Source: Aplysia californica (Eukaryota). From it: a stretch of 64,000 bases of DNA. The notes beneath the pieces were generated by a model. The model saw only the letters and a program-made list of their open reading frames with translations. It was not told the DNA's origin and ran no database searches. The translations under genes were made by a program, and so were the position numbers. The stretch is taken from positions 1,418,259-1,482,258 of the forward strand of contig NW_004797275.1 in the NCBI RefSeq assembly GCF_000002075.1, written 5' to 3'. Shown here piece by piece: positions 62,376-64,000 of this stretch (position 1 is the first letter of the stretch; every line of letters begins with the position of its first letter).

Positions 62376-63717
62376 TACCCTTCTTTCCTCACAGGTTTTC
62401 GTCTCTGAAGAACAAGCCAAACAGAAAAAGAGCTTGGATCTTGTCAAAGAATATATTCAAACCATTCCCTCCTTTAAAAAACTGTGAGCTTACATGATTT
62501 CTATTTGAAGAACACAAGAACTTAATCCTCCCTTTGGCAGAGATATCGTCTTGTATAAGTATACTTACGACCTTAGAGCAAGCATCAAAATAACATTGAG
62601 AGTGTATCTATAGCTTACGATTATTGCTGTTTATATTGCTGCTAATTTATATTAATGCATGTGATTGTNNNNNNNNNNNNNNNNNNNNNNNNNNNNNNNN
62701 NNNNNNNNNNNNNNNNNNNNNNNNNNNNNNNNNNNNNNNNNNNNNNNNNNNNNNNNNNNNNNNNNNNNNNNNNNNNNNNNNNNNNNNNNNNNNNNNNNNN
62801 NNNNNNNNNNNNNNNNNNNNNCAATGTGCCAGGATCTGAACAATAAAGATGTATCTTATCTTATCTGATATCTCTTATCTTATGTCATAAATTGCTGCTC
62901 TTGCCCAAACAAAAGAGTAAACAATTTTAAATACCCACAAAAACAAGGCAGTTAAACGATAAGTACCGTAGGCAGAATACTTTCCCCCGTACTGCCCACA
63001 GCATACAGTTGTTGTGAAAGGTAGCATATACATTTACTATTATTTAGAGAATCTGGAGGTCACCGAATTTAATAGCCTATGGATCTTTAAGGATCTAGAT
63101 TCAATAGACTCCAGAAACCTAATTGAGACCTTAAATCTGTAGAATATAGATTCTAGAACTATTTTGTTTCTTGTTAATGTTTAGAATATCTATCAACTGA
63201 TATTACATCCAGGGAAACTTCCCTCTCCCAAAAATAATGGTTTTACCAGAGATTTAATCACATCCCTTTCGAATTCAGTCCGTCTTTCAATTCCACATAT
63301 ATATTCTTAATTTCTCATTCTGATTTACACTTTGGCTCTAGAATATACTCTAATTCCTTTGTTTAACTTACATACAACAGTACAGCACTCCCTAGCTAGA
63401 CAAAAAAAAAAAAAAAAGAAACAAGCCTTTCATTTCACGCGCTAGCTATGAAGAAGGACTTGGCAGGGAAAGTAATGAGCTTGTACACGCACCTTTGTAG
63501 ACGTATTGCCACCCCCTTGCCTTGCATTGTTCTATTTTGACTTTCATCTTGTTAACGCAGCACCAACGGGTGACAGAGATGTCTGTTGATTTGCTGGTTT
63601 CCTTGAGTTAAAGCTTTAGACATTCCACCAAGAATGCTGAACGTATTACAATATCTACAACAAATACCAGTACACACCCCTTCCAATCAGTCTCGTCTGA
63701 AACGGAGTGAAAAGTGG

Positions 63718-63930
63718 CTATAGAGTCGTGTAGCCTCTATCGACCGGGTTCTTCTGTGTGCTCAATTCTGAAAGGGAAAATCGTGGTAAGAGCGAACAAA
63801 ATGAGCGATTAACTTCAATTCACTAAAGTCTGCTCCATGGTAAATGAAAATACAAGGAATAAGATCTACCTTTGACAATGTGGCTTCTTGTTGACGAACA
63901 AACTCCTGGTAATTCCAGAACTTGTCCTCC
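63718..63930 (-). other. Candidate spliced exon pair (63930-63870, and 63767 onward): 5'UTR of the GPCR or 3' end of an upstream gene
   Basis: Strong acceptors ttcttctcag| and ttccctttcag|, donor AAG|gtagat. All three frames of the first exon are open, so the product is ambiguous. Confidence 0.35.
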
Positions 63931-64000
63931 CTGAGAAGAAACGAAAGCAAGGGAAGGGAACGAACACCACCGTGGGCCAAACAGCCCTGCCCAAAACACA

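Overview
Eukaryotic, repeat-rich genomic DNA, probably a lophotrochozoan such as a mollusc (inferred from the repeat landscape only), with several N-gaps. Two convergent multi-exon genes dominate the window. (1) On +, the 3' end of a probable PPIP5K/Vip1 inositol-pyrophosphate kinase gene. Three clear exons (20261-20446, 21307-21459, 22516-22682) carry the 'PLETLHN.L...QV..FL' motif. The ~20 kb upstream contains several candidate symmetric phase-1 cassette/micro-exons. (2) On -, a complete 16-coding-exon class C GPCR (61061->32965, 980 aa). Every junction is GT-AG and phase-consistent. It has a signal peptide, a divergent Venus-flytrap domain that appears to lack the amino-acid-binding residues, a Pro/Thr stalk in place of the 9-Cys domain, a 7TM region and a motif-rich cytoplasmic tail. 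Mobile DNA includes a decayed mariner (11097-12393), a young 5'-truncated Rex1/Babar-like LINE with an intact RT ORF (37787-40140), several tRNA-derived SINEs, a set of retroposon families sharing one covarying 3' hairpin, and several MITE families, often nested with readable target-site duplications (TSDs). Most short ORFs in the ORF track are spurious. All assignments come from manual reading; no searches were run.
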